Positions 19,060-29,999 of a DNA stretch of 32,000 nucleotides are shown here, piece after piece. Location of the stretch: positions 60,001 through 92,000 of the forward strand of contig NZ_CP006873.1 of assembly GCF_000709555.1 (NCBI RefSeq), read 5' to 3'. Source of the stretch: Candidatus Saccharimonadota bacterium (GTDB lineage Bacteria; Bacteroidota; Bacteroidia; Flavobacteriales; Blattabacteriaceae). The notes below the pieces were generated by a model. That model did no database searches, was not told the DNA's origin, and saw nothing but the letters and a program-made list of their open reading frames with translations. Position numbers and translations under genes: made by a program. The number at the start of each line of letters is the position of its first letter. Positions within the stretch are counted from its first letter, which is position 1.

Positions 19060-20811
19060 CTACCCTAGATCACCTAATGTAAACTTATCAACGTGTTGCT
19101 TCTTTGTTATTTTTTTAATATGTTTTTTCTCCTCTTCTTTAGAAAGAGAGATTGGAGAAATCACAATTTTTCTTAATTTGTTATGAAACTCTATGATTTT
19201 GCAAAAAATTTGTTTATATTTTTTTACGTTTTCTTGTTCAAGAACGTGCAAGGGCATGAATGCTTTAACGTTTTTATCTTCCAATTGAACAGTAGCGCCC
19301 TTCTCTAAAAGATCTATAACTTTTCCGGTATGAACGCTTCCAACAATATATTTTTTTTCGGAATATTCCCACGGATTTTTATTTATCTGTTTATGACCCA
19401 TAATAATCCGTTTTTTGTTCTGATTAAACTCTAAAACTACAGTTTCTATAGAGTCTCCTATCTTGAATAGTTCTGAAGCATGTTTTATTTTTTTATCCCA
19501 TGATAAATCCGATTTATAAACCATCCCTTCTATACCTTTTTCCAGGTATACAGATACGCCGTAGTTCGTGAAACTCCGTATAATACGAGTGTGTTTTGAT
19601 CCTACAGGATATTTTTTTTGTATATAAATCCAGGGATCATGTGTAAGCTGTTTCATTCCTAATGACATTTTTCTCTCGTTCCGATCTAACGTCAGTATAA
19701 CGCATTCTACTGTCTCATCTATTTTTACCAAGTCCTTTGCTCTTCTCAACCGTTTATCCCATGACATTTCAGAAACGTGTAACAAAGCTTCTATTCCAGT
19801 AAAATTTTCTATTTCTACAAATGCCCCATATTCTGTGATAGCTTTTATCTGACCTTTTACTCTATCACCCACTTTTATATTTTCATTGAGACTATTCCAT
19901 GGATGAGAAACAATTTGTTTCATTCCTAATTGAATGCGATTTTTTTCCTCATTGAAATTGAGGATAACCACTTTTATTTCTTGATTTACTTTCAGAACTT
20001 CTGAAGGATGATTTATTCTTTTCCAAGAAATATCGGTATGATGTATCAAACCGTTTATCCCACCCAGATCACAAAAAGCTCCATAGTTCGTAATATTTTT
20101 GACAGTAGCCAGAACTACTTTCCCGGGCTTAAGGTCAGCCATAAATTCTTTTTTTTGTTTTTCAATATCTTCTTCTATGAGTGCTTTATGAGATACTACC
20201 ACATTTTTTAACTTATCATTTATTTTAATAATTTTCAATTCCATTGTTTTATTATAGGAATCAGTAAAAAAAGCATCAAAATCAGAAAGTGGGTTATGAG
20301 AAATTTGAGAACCTGGCATAAAGGCTTCAATATGGGTCAGTATCTTTACAATAAGACCACCTTTAGTCCTTCCAATAATTTTTCCAGTAATAATCTCCTT
20401 TTTATTATAAGCTTCCTTAGCACGTTTCCAAGCAAGTAATATATTTGCTTTCCGATGAGAAAGAATTAGTTGTCCTTTATATTCTCGTTTTTCCACCATA
20501 ACATAAATGAGATCACCTACCTTAATATTAAGGTGGTCCCGAAATTCGCTTAATGGAATAATCCCTTCATATTTAAAATTTATATCTACTACAATCTCCT
20601 TGTCCAGTATTTTTGTAATCTTTCCACGAAGGAGGTCATATTCGTTTATATTGGTCAAATGCTCGTTATATAGGGCACTTATTTTTTCTCTTTCTCTTTC
20701 TTCTTTTTTTACATTATTCCCACAGTAGTCACTCCAGTCAAATTCTTCTAGAGGAACATTGGCGTTGGAATCTGCGATAATATTTTTTCTTATTTCTGCC
20801 TGTACGTACAT
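19060..20811 (-). CDS. rpsA: 30S ribosomal protein S1
   Basis: 583 aa with six recognisable S1 (OB-fold) repeats, for example G.V..I..YGAF..., with repeated HVSE/HHTDISW-type motifs. Confidence 0.95.
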   Translation of the reverse strand: MYVQAEIRKNIIADSNANVPLEEFDWSDYCGNNVKKEEREREKISALYNEHLTNINEYDLLRGKITKILDKEIVVDINFKYEGIIPLSEFRDHLNIKVGDLIYVMVEKREYKGQLILSHRKANILLAWKRAKEAYNKKEIITGKIIGRTKGGLIVKILTHIEAFMPGSQISHNPLSDFDAFFTDSYNKTMELKIIKINDKLKNVVVSHKALIEEDIEKQKKEFMADLKPGKVVLATVKNITNYGAFCDLGGINGLIHHTDISWKRINHPSEVLKVNQEIKVVILNFNEEKNRIQLGMKQIVSHPWNSLNENIKVGDRVKGQIKAITEYGAFVEIENFTGIEALLHVSEMSWDKRLRRAKDLVKIDETVECVILTLDRNERKMSLGMKQLTHDPWIYIQKKYPVGSKHTRIIRSFTNYGVSVYLEKGIEGMVYKSDLSWDKKIKHASELFKIGDSIETVVLEFNQNKKRIIMGHKQINKNPWEYSEKKYIVGSVHTGKVIDLLEKGATVQLEDKNVKAFMPLHVLEQENVKKYKQIFCKIIEFHNKLRKIVISPISLSKEEEKKHIKKITKKQHVDKFTLGDLG

Positions 20812-20839
20812 AATTTTTAAAGTATTTTGGAGTTATGAC

Positions 20840-23287
20840 TTATTGAATTTCTTTATTTTGCCCAACTTTGGCTACTGCTGCAATTTCATCACCCTCTCTG
20901 AGATTAATTAATCGAACTCCCTGTGTTGAACGTCCACTTATACGAATATCCGACACTGATATTCTTATAGTTATACCATCTTTTGTGATGATCATCAAGT
21001 CGCTGGTATTATAAACGCTTGTAATAGAAATAAGTTTCCCAGTTTTTTTAGTAATATTGATGGTTTTTACACCTTTTCCTCCACGGTTAGTTATACTATA
21101 ATTCTCCAAAAAAGAACGTTTACCATAACCTTTCTCTGAAACCACTAGTATATCTTCTTTATTATCTGGTTTTACACAGACCATCCCTATGACTTTGTCA
21201 TCTTCCTCGCTCATCCTAATACCCTTTACTCCACAAGCCATCCTTCCCATAGGCCGTACTTTTTTTTCAGAAAACCGAATCGCTTTTCCACTTTTTACAG
21301 CAATAAGGACTTCGCTGTTTCCAGTGGTTAGTTCCGCTTCCAAAAGAGTATCCTTTTCTCGTATGGTAATGGCATTGATTCCGTTTCGTCTAGGCCTTGA
21401 ATATTTTTTTATGGGTGTTTTTTTAATAATTCCCGATTCAGTAACCATTATCACATATCGGTTTTTTATATACTTTTCATCATCAAGATCTCCACTCAGA
21501 ATATAAGCACATATTCTATCATCCGGAGATAGCCTAATCAAGTTTTGTATAGCACGTCCCTTAGATGTTTTTGAACCTTCTGGAATTTCATAGACTCGGA
21601 GCCAGAAACACTTTCCTTTTTTCGTGAAAAAAAGTGTATACTGATGATTGGTTGCGACGAACAAGTGTTCTAAAAAATCTTCGTCACGAGTTTTGGCTCC
21701 AATATTTCCTATTCCTCCACGTAATTGACGTTTATATTCTGAAAGTGGCGTTCGTTTTATATAGCCATGATGCGATATAGTCAATACTACATATTCATTC
21801 AGTATAAGATCTTTCATTGTTACCTCTTTTCCAGAGTATGAAACCATAGTTCTTCGATCATCTTTATATTTCTCCTTGATTTCTAGTAACTTATCTTTTA
21901 TTATTTGCATACGAATTGGTTCTTTATCAAGAATTTCTTTAAACCTTTCTACCTTTTTAGAGAGGTCATTGTATTCTTTTTCGAGTTTTTCACGTTCTAT
22001 AAACGTAAATCGTTGCAATCTCATATCAAGAATAGCTTTTACTTGAGTTTTCGTAAGTTTAAATTGCATTATGAGTTTATCAGAAGCTTCATCAGGAGTT
22101 TTTGAACCTTTAATCAAGTCTACAGCTACATCTAATTGACTTAAAGTAAAAAGCAATCCTTCTAAAATCTGAGATCTATCCTGTGCTTTTTTAAGGTCAT
22201 ATTGAGTACAACGAATAGTTACTTCATGACGATGATCGACAAAATAACGAATCATATCTTTTAGATTAATTTGCATAGGTTTTCCCTTAACTAAAGCAAC
22301 ATTATTGATGTGAAATGATATTTGTAATGATGTCTCTTTAAAAAGATTATTCAATACTATCTCAGGTCCAGCATTTTGTTTTAATACATATACAATACGC
22401 ATACCTTCCCGATCTGATTCATCGCGAATGTTAGCTACTCCCTCTAATTTTCCGATTTTTATTAAATAGGAGGTCTTAACAAGAAGGTCACCTTTATTTA
22501 CTTGATAAGGGATCTCTTCTACGATGATACATTCTCTATGCTTAATTTTTTCTAATCGTGTCTTCGCACGTAAGATAATGCAACCACGTCCAGTATGAAA
22601 AGCTTCTTTTACACCTTGATATCCATAAATAATCCCTCCGGTGGGAAAATCAGGTGCTTTTATGTATTGCATTAATTCATCTATACTAATCGCTGTATTG
22701 TCTATATAAGCACAAATCGCCTCAATGCATTCTTTTATATTATGTGGGGCTATATTAGTAGCCATTCCTACAGCGATCCCAGAAGACCCGTTTACTAACA
22801 AATTAGGAAAACTTGCAGGTAAAACACTAGGTTCTTCTAATGAGTCATCAAAATTAAGTTGATAATCTACTGTTCCTTTCTCAATATCAGTAAGCATTTC
22901 TTCGGAAAGATTTTGTAATCGAGCTTCAGTATAACGCATAGCTGCTGGAGCATCTCCATCTATTGATCCAAAATTGCCTTGTCCGTCTATTAAACAATAA
23001 CGTAAAGACCATTTCTGGGCCATGCGGACCATAGCATCGTATACAGAATTATCTCCGTGAGGATGATATTTAGCTAAGACTTCACCAACTACACGAGCCG
23101 ATTTTTTATAAGGTCTATTAGACAACATGCCTAATTCATGCATCCCAAAAAGGACACGTCGATGAACAGGTTTTAACCCATCTCTGACATCCGGAAGAGC
23201 TCTTGAAACAATAACCGACATCGAATAATCGATATAGGAAGTTTTCATTTCATCTTCAATATAAATAGGGATCAGTTTTTTAATCAT
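20840..23287 (-). CDS. gyrA: DNA gyrase subunit A
   Basis: 815 aa with YSMSVIVSRALPDVRDGLKPVHRR, YHPHGDNSVYDAMVRMAQ, the active-site AAMRYTEARL, and C-terminal beta-pinwheel repeats. Confidence 0.97.
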   Translation of the reverse strand: MIKKLIPIYIEDEMKTSYIDYSMSVIVSRALPDVRDGLKPVHRRVLFGMHELGMLSNRPYKKSARVVGEVLAKYHPHGDNSVYDAMVRMAQKWSLRYCLIDGQGNFGSIDGDAPAAMRYTEARLQNLSEEMLTDIEKGTVDYQLNFDDSLEEPSVLPASFPNLLVNGSSGIAVGMATNIAPHNIKECIEAICAYIDNTAISIDELMQYIKAPDFPTGGIIYGYQGVKEAFHTGRGCIILRAKTRLEKIKHRECIIVEEIPYQVNKGDLLVKTSYLIKIGKLEGVANIRDESDREGMRIVYVLKQNAGPEIVLNNLFKETSLQISFHINNVALVKGKPMQINLKDMIRYFVDHRHEVTIRCTQYDLKKAQDRSQILEGLLFTLSQLDVAVDLIKGSKTPDEASDKLIMQFKLTKTQVKAILDMRLQRFTFIEREKLEKEYNDLSKKVERFKEILDKEPIRMQIIKDKLLEIKEKYKDDRRTMVSYSGKEVTMKDLILNEYVVLTISHHGYIKRTPLSEYKRQLRGGIGNIGAKTRDEDFLEHLFVATNHQYTLFFTKKGKCFWLRVYEIPEGSKTSKGRAIQNLIRLSPDDRICAYILSGDLDDEKYIKNRYVIMVTESGIIKKTPIKKYSRPRRNGINAITIREKDTLLEAELTTGNSEVLIAVKSGKAIRFSEKKVRPMGRMACGVKGIRMSEEDDKVIGMVCVKPDNKEDILVVSEKGYGKRSFLENYSITNRGGKGVKTINITKKTGKLISITSVYNTSDLMIITKDGITIRISVSDIRISGRSTQGVRLINLREGDEIAAVAKVGQNKEIQ

Positions 23288-24368
23288 CTATTTCTGAATT
23301 GTTTCTTTTTAAAGATTGAAAACTTTGTTTTATAATATCATTGGAAACTTTATGGTGATAAGTACATATCCCAATTTCTCTAAGTAATGAAAAATGAATA
23401 TCTTCTTGCAATTTTTTTTTATCCTGACGTATATACTTTAGTATTTTGTTTAAAATTTGTTCATTAATTTCTCGGAAAGGATATATACTTAATAAAGTTT
23501 TAGAAATTTCTTCGTGTTGTTTCTGTGAAAGTACATTCATTTTCCAAGAAATCCAAGATTCGCAAACCATCCCCAGAGCTATAGCTTCTCCATGTCGAAG
23601 AGGAGAATAGGTAGGAAGAAAATAACTTTCTATACCATGTCCTATAGTATGTCCAAAATTTAAAATTTTACGTAGACCTTTTCGTTCAGATGGATCTTCA
23701 GTAACAATATTATTTTTAATCAAATTTGCTTGATAAATGAATTCATTCCAATCATCCCAATGCATATGTTTGGATCGGTTCTTTATTTCTTCCCAAAAAA
23801 AATTATCTGCAATAAGACCATATTTAAAAAGTTCCGCCATTCCTGATTTTAATTCCCTATTAGATAAAGTTTTTAGATAATGTTTATCTATGATAAGTAG
23901 ATCTGGATAGTTGAATACCCCAATTTCATTTTTCAGATTGTCGAGATTTATTCCAGTTTTCCCTCCTGTGGAGGCATCTACCATAGCTAATAAAGTTGTT
24001 GGAATATTCAAAAAATATATACCTCTTTTAAAAATTGAGGCAAAAAAACCTCCACTGTCGGTAATAACCCCACCTCCCAGATTAATCAGCAAACTCTTTC
24101 TGTCGGCATTTTCCTTATTTAGTTTCCGACATATATCAAGACCATTTTGGATATTTTTTTCCTTTTCTCCAAAAGGAATGCAAAAAATGCGTGCTTTTTT
24201 CAAATATGGTACGAGACGAAGTAAATGTTGCAAACATAATTGAGACGTGTGGGTATCCGTCATAATAAATAAGCTGGAGTAATTTGGAAGTTTATTTTGT
24301 AGAGTAAAATAACCTTCTCCATTAAAAAATATGGTATAATGAATGGTTTCTATAACTTTCTCTGTCAC
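23280..24368 (-). CDS. aroB: 3-dehydroquinate synthase
   Basis: 362 aa with NLGGGVITDSGGFFAS, PTTLLAMVDASTGGKTGINL and the metal-site NFGHTIGHGIE. It has an apparent GTG start and an 8-nt overlap with gyrA. Confidence 0.9.
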   Translation of the reverse strand: MTEKVIETIHYTIFFNGEGYFTLQNKLPNYSSLFIMTDTHTSQLCLQHLLRLVPYLKKARIFCIPFGEKEKNIQNGLDICRKLNKENADRKSLLINLGGGVITDSGGFFASIFKRGIYFLNIPTTLLAMVDASTGGKTGINLDNLKNEIGVFNYPDLLIIDKHYLKTLSNRELKSGMAELFKYGLIADNFFWEEIKNRSKHMHWDDWNEFIYQANLIKNNIVTEDPSERKGLRKILNFGHTIGHGIESYFLPTYSPLRHGEAIALGMVCESWISWKMNVLSQKQHEEISKTLLSIYPFREINEQILNKILKYIRQDKKKLQEDIHFSLLREIGICTYHHKVSNDIIKQSFQSLKRNNSEIDD

Positions 24369-24510
24369 CTATAAAAATTTTAAAGAGAACATAATATAAT
24401 GAATACGGTGAAAATCCACTATACGCTAACCGTATCTATCGTTCCCATCTTCTTATTTTTAAACTTAAATTTTAACTGTACACTCCTTAGCATCATAAAG
24501 CATTATAAAT

Positions 24511-25800
24511 ATGAATATACCGGAATGTAATTTAAAAAAAGTTGTCATTATAGGTGCTGGATTTGGAGGATACCAAATCGCAACCAAACTTAGAAGAGAC
24601 AAATTTCAAGTTGTTCTTCTTGATAAGAACAACTACTACACTTTTCAGCCACTTTTGTATCAAGTAGCTACTGCGGGTCTGGAACCTGATTCTATTACAC
24701 ACCCTATACGCACAATTATTAAAAATAAAGAAAATTTCTACTTTCGATTAGCAAATGTATATAGGATTGATCCTAAGATTAAAAAAGTATATTCAAATAT
24801 GGGAGATCTTTCCTATGATTACCTGATCATAGCTACTGGATCTACCACCAATTTTTTTGGTCATAAGAATATTGAACGTTATGCTTTACCAATAAAGTCT
24901 GTTATGGAAGCAATAAAATTGCGAAGCTTAATTTTGCAAAGTTTTGAAACTGCCTTATTTACTAAAGATGTAAAAGAACGTGATCGATTAATGACTTTTG
25001 TCATTGCTGGAGGAGGTCCTACAGGAGTCGAAATTTCTGGTGCTTTAAGTGAATTGAAAAACTTTATATTCCCAAAGGATTATCCTGATCTTGATATAAG
25101 CCGTATGAGCATACATATAATTCAGGCTACATTTCGATTAGTTGATGGTATGTCCAAAGCCTCATCAGATGCCACTCTGAATTATCTAAAAAAATCAGGA
25201 GTCAACATCTGGCTTAACTGTCTTGTAAAAGATTATGATGGAAATACCGTTTATATAGATAATGGTCAAAAGATAGAATCTGTGAATTTAATATGGTCTG
25301 CAGGTGTCAAAGGGTCCATAATAGAAGGATTTGAAAATGTCTCTATAGAGGAAGGGCGTTTTCGAGTAGATGCTTATAATATGGTCAAAAATTATGAAGG
25401 GGTTTTTGCTATAGGAGATGTAGCTGCTATGAAAAGAGATAACCGGAATGCCTATCCAATGATTGCTCAACCAGCTATTCAGCAAGGTATACATCTTGCT
25501 AAGAACCTTAATTTATTAGCAGAAGGTAAAGAAATGATACCTTTTCGTTATATAGATCATGGATCTATAGCTATTATTGGACGAAATAAAGCAGTTTGTG
25601 ATTTACCCTGGTTACAGTTTAAAGGTTTTTTTGCTTGGTTGATTTGGATATATATACATTTCATTAATTTAATACATGTTAGAAATAGAATAATCGTGCT
25701 TACAAATTGGATTATTCAATACTATCAGTATAACAAAAGCATACGTTTAATCATACAATCTTATAAAAGAATTCTACCAGAAAAGAAAGAAGCACAGTAA
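24511..25800 (+). CDS. ndh: Type II NADH dehydrogenase (NDH-2), FAD-dependent
   Basis: 429 aa with two Rossmann motifs (VVIIGAGFGG, FVIAGGGPTGVE), GDVA and a hydrophobic C-terminal membrane-anchoring segment. Confidence 0.85.
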   Translation: MNIPECNLKKVVIIGAGFGGYQIATKLRRDKFQVVLLDKNNYYTFQPLLYQVATAGLEPDSITHPIRTIIKNKENFYFRLANVYRIDPKIKKVYSNMGDLSYDYLIIATGSTTNFFGHKNIERYALPIKSVMEAIKLRSLILQSFETALFTKDVKERDRLMTFVIAGGGPTGVEISGALSELKNFIFPKDYPDLDISRMSIHIIQATFRLVDGMSKASSDATLNYLKKSGVNIWLNCLVKDYDGNTVYIDNGQKIESVNLIWSAGVKGSIIEGFENVSIEEGRFRVDAYNMVKNYEGVFAIGDVAAMKRDNRNAYPMIAQPAIQQGIHLAKNLNLLAEGKEMIPFRYIDHGSIAIIGRNKAVCDLPWLQFKGFFAWLIWIYIHFINLIHVRNRIIVLTNWIIQYYQYNKSIRLIIQSYKRILPEKKEAQ

Positions 25801-25864
25801 CCTATGTGAAATTTATATAAGAACATAAGAACAAAGCATGCACTTTTAATAACAAAAATGATAT

Positions 25865-26983
25865 ATGGTGGTAAATACTTTTGGAAAACTTTTTCGGGTA
25901 ACTACTTTTGGGGAAAGTCATGGACCAGCGATAGGAGGTGTAATAGATGGTTGCCCTTCAGATTTTAAACTTAATTTCCAACAAATTCAGAAAGAGTTGA
26001 ATCGTCGTCTTCCTGGACAATCTCATATCGTAACTCAACGACGTGAAACCGATAAAGTACACTTTTTTTCAGGTCTTTATGATAATAAAACTACTGGGAC
26101 TCCTATAGGATTTGTCATTTACAATCAGGATCAAAAATCTAAAGATTATCTTCATCTTAAAGAAGTTTATCGTCCTTCACATGCAGATTTGACTTATATG
26201 AAAAAATATGGGGTGAGAGATTATAGGGGAGGAGGAAGATCATCTGCACGGGAAACGACCACTCGTGTAGTAGCTGGATCCGTTGCTAAACAATTGCTTA
26301 AGAAGATTAGGATCCACGCATTTGTTTCATCTGTAGGACCTATTACTTTAAATAAATCTTATAAAGAATTGGATTTTTCTCATATTGAGAATACTCCTAT
26401 TCGTTGTCCTGATGAAAAAATTGCTTTAGACATGATTTCTTTTATTAATAAAATCCGTGAAGAAGGAGATACAATAGGTGGAATTGTTAGTTGTGTAATC
26501 CAAAATGTTCCTATAGGATTAGGAGAACCTGTTTTTGATAAACTCCATGCAGATCTCGGAAAAGCTATGCTCTCTATAAATGCTGTCAAAGGATTTGACT
26601 ATGGTAGTGGATTTATTGGTACACAAATGCGCGGTTCAACTCATAATGATTTGTTCAATCCAGATGCAACAAGTACTCAAACTAATTTTTCAGGAGGGAT
26701 CCAAGGTGGTATATCAAATGGGATGGATATTTATTTCCGTGTCGGTTTTAAACCTGTATCTACCATTATGAGAACGCAACCAAGTGTTGATTATTCTCAG
26801 GTCCAAAAAGTATTAGTGGAAGGTAAAGGAAGACATGATCCTTGTGTAGTTCCTAGAGCCATTCCTATTGTAGAAGCTATGGCAGCACTGGTATTGGTAG
26901 ATTCCTGGCTTTTAAATCAAATTTCTAGAGATGAAAGGAACACTTATCACGCTAATAGGTCCTACCGCGATTGGAAAAACTAA
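25865..26983 (+). CDS. aroC: Chorismate synthase
   Basis: 372 aa with [42 protein letters not shown] and [11 protein letters not shown]. Its 3' end overlaps miaA by 53 nt. Confidence 0.95.
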   Translation: MVVNTFGKLFRVTTFGESHGPAIGGVIDGCPSDFKLNFQQIQKELNRRLPGQSHIVTQRRETDKVHFFSGLYDNKTTGTPIGFVIYNQDQKSKDYLHLKEVYRPSHADLTYMKKYGVRDYRGGGRSSARETTTRVVAGSVAKQLLKKIRIHAFVSSVGPITLNKSYKELDFSHIENTPIRCPDEKIALDMISFINKIREEGDTIGGIVSCVIQNVPIGLGEPVFDKLHADLGKAMLSINAVKGFDYGSGFIGTQMRGSTHNDLFNPDATSTQTNFSGGIQGGISNGMDIYFRVGFKPVSTIMRTQPSVDYSQVQKVLVEGKGRHDPCVVPRAIPIVEAMAALVLVDSWLLNQISRDERNTYHANRSYRDWKN

Positions 26984-27848
26984 TATATCCTTAGTTTTAA
27001 GCGAAAAATTGAAAACAGAAATTATTTCCTGTGACGCCAGAAAGTTCTATAAAGAACTAAAAATAGGAACAGCTCCTCCAGACGAAGAAGCACGTAGAAG
27101 AATCCCGCATCATTTTATTGGACATTTGAGTATTCATCAATATTATACCGCTAGAGATTTTGAAAGAGATGCACTAACAAAATTGGAAAAACTTTTCGCC
27201 CGTTATTCCGTAGTTATAATGGTAGGAGGCTCTGGATTTTATGAAAAGGCACTGACACAAGGATTAGACAGATTTCCAGAAACCTATCCTAAAATACGTA
27301 AAGATTTGATAACCCTCTTTAAGAAAGAAGGATTGATTCCATTACAAAAAGAACTTAAAAAAAAAGATCCAGTTTATTACCAAATGGTAGACAAAAATAA
27401 TCATCAAAGAATTCTTCGTGCCTTGGAGATTATTCGGACTAGTTGTCTCCCATTTTCTTCTTTCTTGTTTCATCAAAAGAAGAAAAACCGTTTTTTTCGT
27501 ACTATTAAAATCGGATTAAATTCACCACGTGAATTCCTTTACGAACGTATAAACCAACGTGTAAATGATATGATGCAAAAAGGGCTTCTAGAAGAAGCAC
27601 GACTTTATTTTCCTAATAAGGATTTAAATGCCTTAAAAACCGTAGGATATAGAGAATTGTTTTCTTATTTTGAGGGAAGACTTTCCTTAGAAAGAGCTAT
27701 TGAAGAAATAAAGAAAAATACTCGTCATTATGCAAAAAGACAGCTCACATGGTATAGAAATGATCCAGAGGTGACATGGTTTGAACCAGATCATATAAAT
27801 GAAATTTTTGCATATATTAAAAATATTCGGCCCGAAAAAAGGGTTTAG
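26931..27848 (+). CDS. miaA: tRNA dimethylallyltransferase
   Basis: 305 aa with P-loop [29 protein letters not shown], and a conserved [11 protein letters not shown]. Confidence 0.93.
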   Translation: MKGTLITLIGPTAIGKTNISLVLSEKLKTEIISCDARKFYKELKIGTAPPDEEARRRIPHHFIGHLSIHQYYTARDFERDALTKLEKLFARYSVVIMVGGSGFYEKALTQGLDRFPETYPKIRKDLITLFKKEGLIPLQKELKKKDPVYYQMVDKNNHQRILRALEIIRTSCLPFSSFLFHQKKKNRFFRTIKIGLNSPREFLYERINQRVNDMMQKGLLEEARLYFPNKDLNALKTVGYRELFSYFEGRLSLERAIEEIKKNTRHYAKRQLTWYRNDPEVTWFEPDHINEIFAYIKNIRPEKRV

Positions 27849-27923
27849 ATGCCAAAGTGTATTATTTATACTATATGGTATAGCCTTTGCCACCTTTCAT
27901 AGGTGATATTACCTAATAAAATT

Positions 27924-29801
27924 ATGTCCATGGGAACTATTAACGTTACTGCGGAAAATATATTTCCAATTATTAAAAAATTTCTTTATTCAGATCATGA
28001 AATTTTTCTAAGAGAGCTAATTTCTAATGCTACGGATGCTACTCTTAAGCTTAGAGCTCTTGCCGAATTTGGAGAGATTCCTATAGAACAACTTGGGAAT
28101 CCGAAAATAGAGATAAAAATTAATAAAGAGAAAAACACACTACATATCCTGGATCAAGGAATAGGTATGACAGAAGAAGAAATAGAAAAGTATATCAATC
28201 AAATTGCATTTTCTGGGGCTTCAGAGTTTCTTAATAAGTACAAAAATCAAACTGATACAACTCACGGAATGATTGGACATTTTGGGTTAGGATTTTATTC
28301 ATCCTTTATGGTATCTGATAAAGTGGAGATTTTTAGTCAATCGTACAAGAAAGAATTTCCCGCTGTTCATTGGAGTTGTGATGGTTCACCTCAATTTTCA
28401 CTTGAAATACAAGATAAAAAAGAACATGGGACCGAAATTGTTTTGCATATAAATGAAGATAGTAAGGAATTTCTTGAAGAGTCCCGGATTCTAGAATTAC
28501 TTAATAAATACTGTAAATTTATGCCTATTCCAATAAAATTCGGAGAACGTGAAACAACAAAAAAAATCTCGGAGGATAAAGAATCTACAATTAAAATAGA
28601 CAATATCATAAACGATACTACTCCGGCCTGGACAAAACAACCTTCGACACTCGTCGAAGACGATTATCAGAAATTTTATAGAGTACTTTATCCCTCCCAG
28701 TTTGAAGATCCACTCTTTTGGATTCATCTTAATATAGATCATCCCTTCCATTTAACAGGAATTCTTTTTTTTCCTAAACTAAAAAATCATATAGAAATCC
28801 AAAAAGATAAAATTCAACTTTATCAAAATCAGGTCTTTGTTACTGATAATGTAGAAAATATCGTTCCAGAATTTCTTCATTTACTTCGAGGTGTGATTGA
28901 TTCTCCGGACATTCCTCTCAATGTTTCCCGTTCTTATCTGCAATCCGATGCATCTGTAAAAAAAATATCTGGATATATTACTAGAAAAGTAGCTGATAAG
29001 CTAGAAAGTATTTTTAAAAATGACAGAAAAGATTTTGAAAGAAAATGGGAAGATATAAAAATAATCATCGAGTATGGGATGCTGAGCGAGGCTAAATTTT
29101 TTGATAGAGTAAAAAAAATCGCTCTGTATCCTAATACTGAAGGGATTTTCTATACTTTTGACGAATTTACAGAAAAGATAAAAGAAATACAGACTGAGAA
29201 AAATGGAAAATGCGTTTATCTGTACGCTTCTAACAAAGAAGCTCAACATAGTTCGATTCAATCGGCTAAAGAAAAAGGTTATGAGGTAATACTTTTAGAT
29301 AGTCCACTTGCTCCTCATCTGATACAAAAACTTGAGGAAGAATACAAGGATGTCTCTTTTTCTAGAGTAGATTCTGATCATATTGATAATATTATTAAAA
29401 AAGAAGAAAACATCATTTCCAAATTATCTGAAAATGAGAAAAAAGAACTAAAAAAACTATTAGAAAGTAATATAGATAAGCATAAATTTACTATAAATTT
29501 AGAAAATTTAAACAGTAAGGTTTCTCCTTTTATAATTACTATTCCTGAGTTAATGCGCCGTATGAAAGAGATTAGGCAAATGAGTGGAAGGGGAATGTTA
29601 GGAATACCTGAAGGATATAATTTAGTTGTTAATATAAATCACGAATTAATACAAAGAATTTTGTCTGAATCAGACGAAGTAAGAAAAAAACAACTTATAG
29701 AAAAATCTATGGAATTAGCTCTGATTTCTCAGAACCTTTTACACGGAGAACGTCTTAGTCAATTCGTTTCACGTTCTTTTAACGAGTTGATAGAAAAATA
29801 A
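27924..29801 (+). CDS. htpG: Molecular chaperone HtpG (Hsp90)
   Basis: Bergerat ATPase motifs ELISNATDA, DQGIGMT and GHFGLGFYSSFMV, with a full-length middle and C-terminal domain. The track start GTG 27903 is less likely than ATG 27924 or 27930 (MSMGTINVTAENIFPIIKKFLYSD). Confidence 0.95.
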   Translation: MSMGTINVTAENIFPIIKKFLYSDHEIFLRELISNATDATLKLRALAEFGEIPIEQLGNPKIEIKINKEKNTLHILDQGIGMTEEEIEKYINQIAFSGASEFLNKYKNQTDTTHGMIGHFGLGFYSSFMVSDKVEIFSQSYKKEFPAVHWSCDGSPQFSLEIQDKKEHGTEIVLHINEDSKEFLEESRILELLNKYCKFMPIPIKFGERETTKKISEDKESTIKIDNIINDTTPAWTKQPSTLVEDDYQKFYRVLYPSQFEDPLFWIHLNIDHPFHLTGILFFPKLKNHIEIQKDKIQLYQNQVFVTDNVENIVPEFLHLLRGVIDSPDIPLNVSRSYLQSDASVKKISGYITRKVADKLESIFKNDRKDFERKWEDIKIIIEYGMLSEAKFFDRVKKIALYPNTEGIFYTFDEFTEKIKEIQTEKNGKCVYLYASNKEAQHSSIQSAKEKGYEVILLDSPLAPHLIQKLEEEYKDVSFSRVDSDHIDNIIKKEENIISKLSENEKKELKKLLESNIDKHKFTINLENLNSKVSPFIITIPELMRRMKEIRQMSGRGMLGIPEGYNLVVNINHELIQRILSESDEVRKKQLIEKSMELALISQNLLHGERLSQFVSRSFNELIEK

Positions 29802-29840
29802 TGTATTTGGTCTGAAATTTCCTGATAAGCAGTTAATATT

Positions 29841-29996
29841 CTATCGTTTATATCTGACATTACTTACCGTAAGATTTTTCCGACCTTTTGCACGTCTTCG
29901 AGACAATATTTTTCTTCCTCCTTTAGTTCCCATTCGTTTTATAAATCCGTGAACATTTCTCCTTTTTCTTCCCGATGGTTGATAAGTTCTTTTCAT
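29841..29996 (-). CDS. rpmH: 50S ribosomal protein L34 (below the ORF-track size cut-off)
   Basis: The reverse-strand ORF reads [51 protein letters not shown] (51 aa). This matches the near-invariant L34 pattern MKRT.QPS..KR...HGF..RM....GR..L..RR.KGRK.LTV. Confidence 0.9.
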   Translation of the reverse strand: MKRTYQPSGRKRRNVHGFIKRMGTKGGRKILSRRRAKGRKNLTVSNVRYKR

Positions 29997-29999
29997 TTT

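Noticed and set aside
24399-24530. Two items in the aroB / ndh spacer: a 7-bp stem (ATACGGT 24403-24409 pairing with ACCGTAT 24429-24435, 19-nt loop), and a 43-codon hydrophobic ORF overlapping the ndh start. The ORF could be a leader peptide or a riboswitch-like element.
   Set aside because: Stems of this size are expected many times by chance. The small ORF has no recognisable motif or convincing start context and runs out of frame into ndh. There is no support beyond its existence.
26931-26983. A 53-nt overlap between the aroC 3' end and the miaA start, which gives aroC a tail of about 15 residues (…[22 protein letters not shown]).
   Set aside because: The simplest explanation is loss of the ancestral aroC stop in a compacting genome. 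Both genes keep all their motifs, and nothing suggests programmed recoding.
1134-29261. About 20 ORFs of 60-110 aa lie antisense to, or out of frame within, well-supported genes. Examples: 2408-2605, 2460-2669, 8483-8770, 13213-13395, 14845-15075, 20008-20211, 20507-20728, 21189-21506 (105 aa), 21905-22105, 23911-24243 (110 aa), 25288-25494, 26380-26589, 27687-27893, 28391-28751 and 29001-29261. The same applies to 17379-17582, 17722-17907 and 18335-18565 inside the PDH relics.
   Set aside because: Each is fully embedded in a gene, or gene relic, with strong family motifs on the other strand or frame. Their translations are low-complexity and rich in F, I, L, S and K, as expected from reading AT-rich coding DNA out of frame. 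None shows a recognisable motif.
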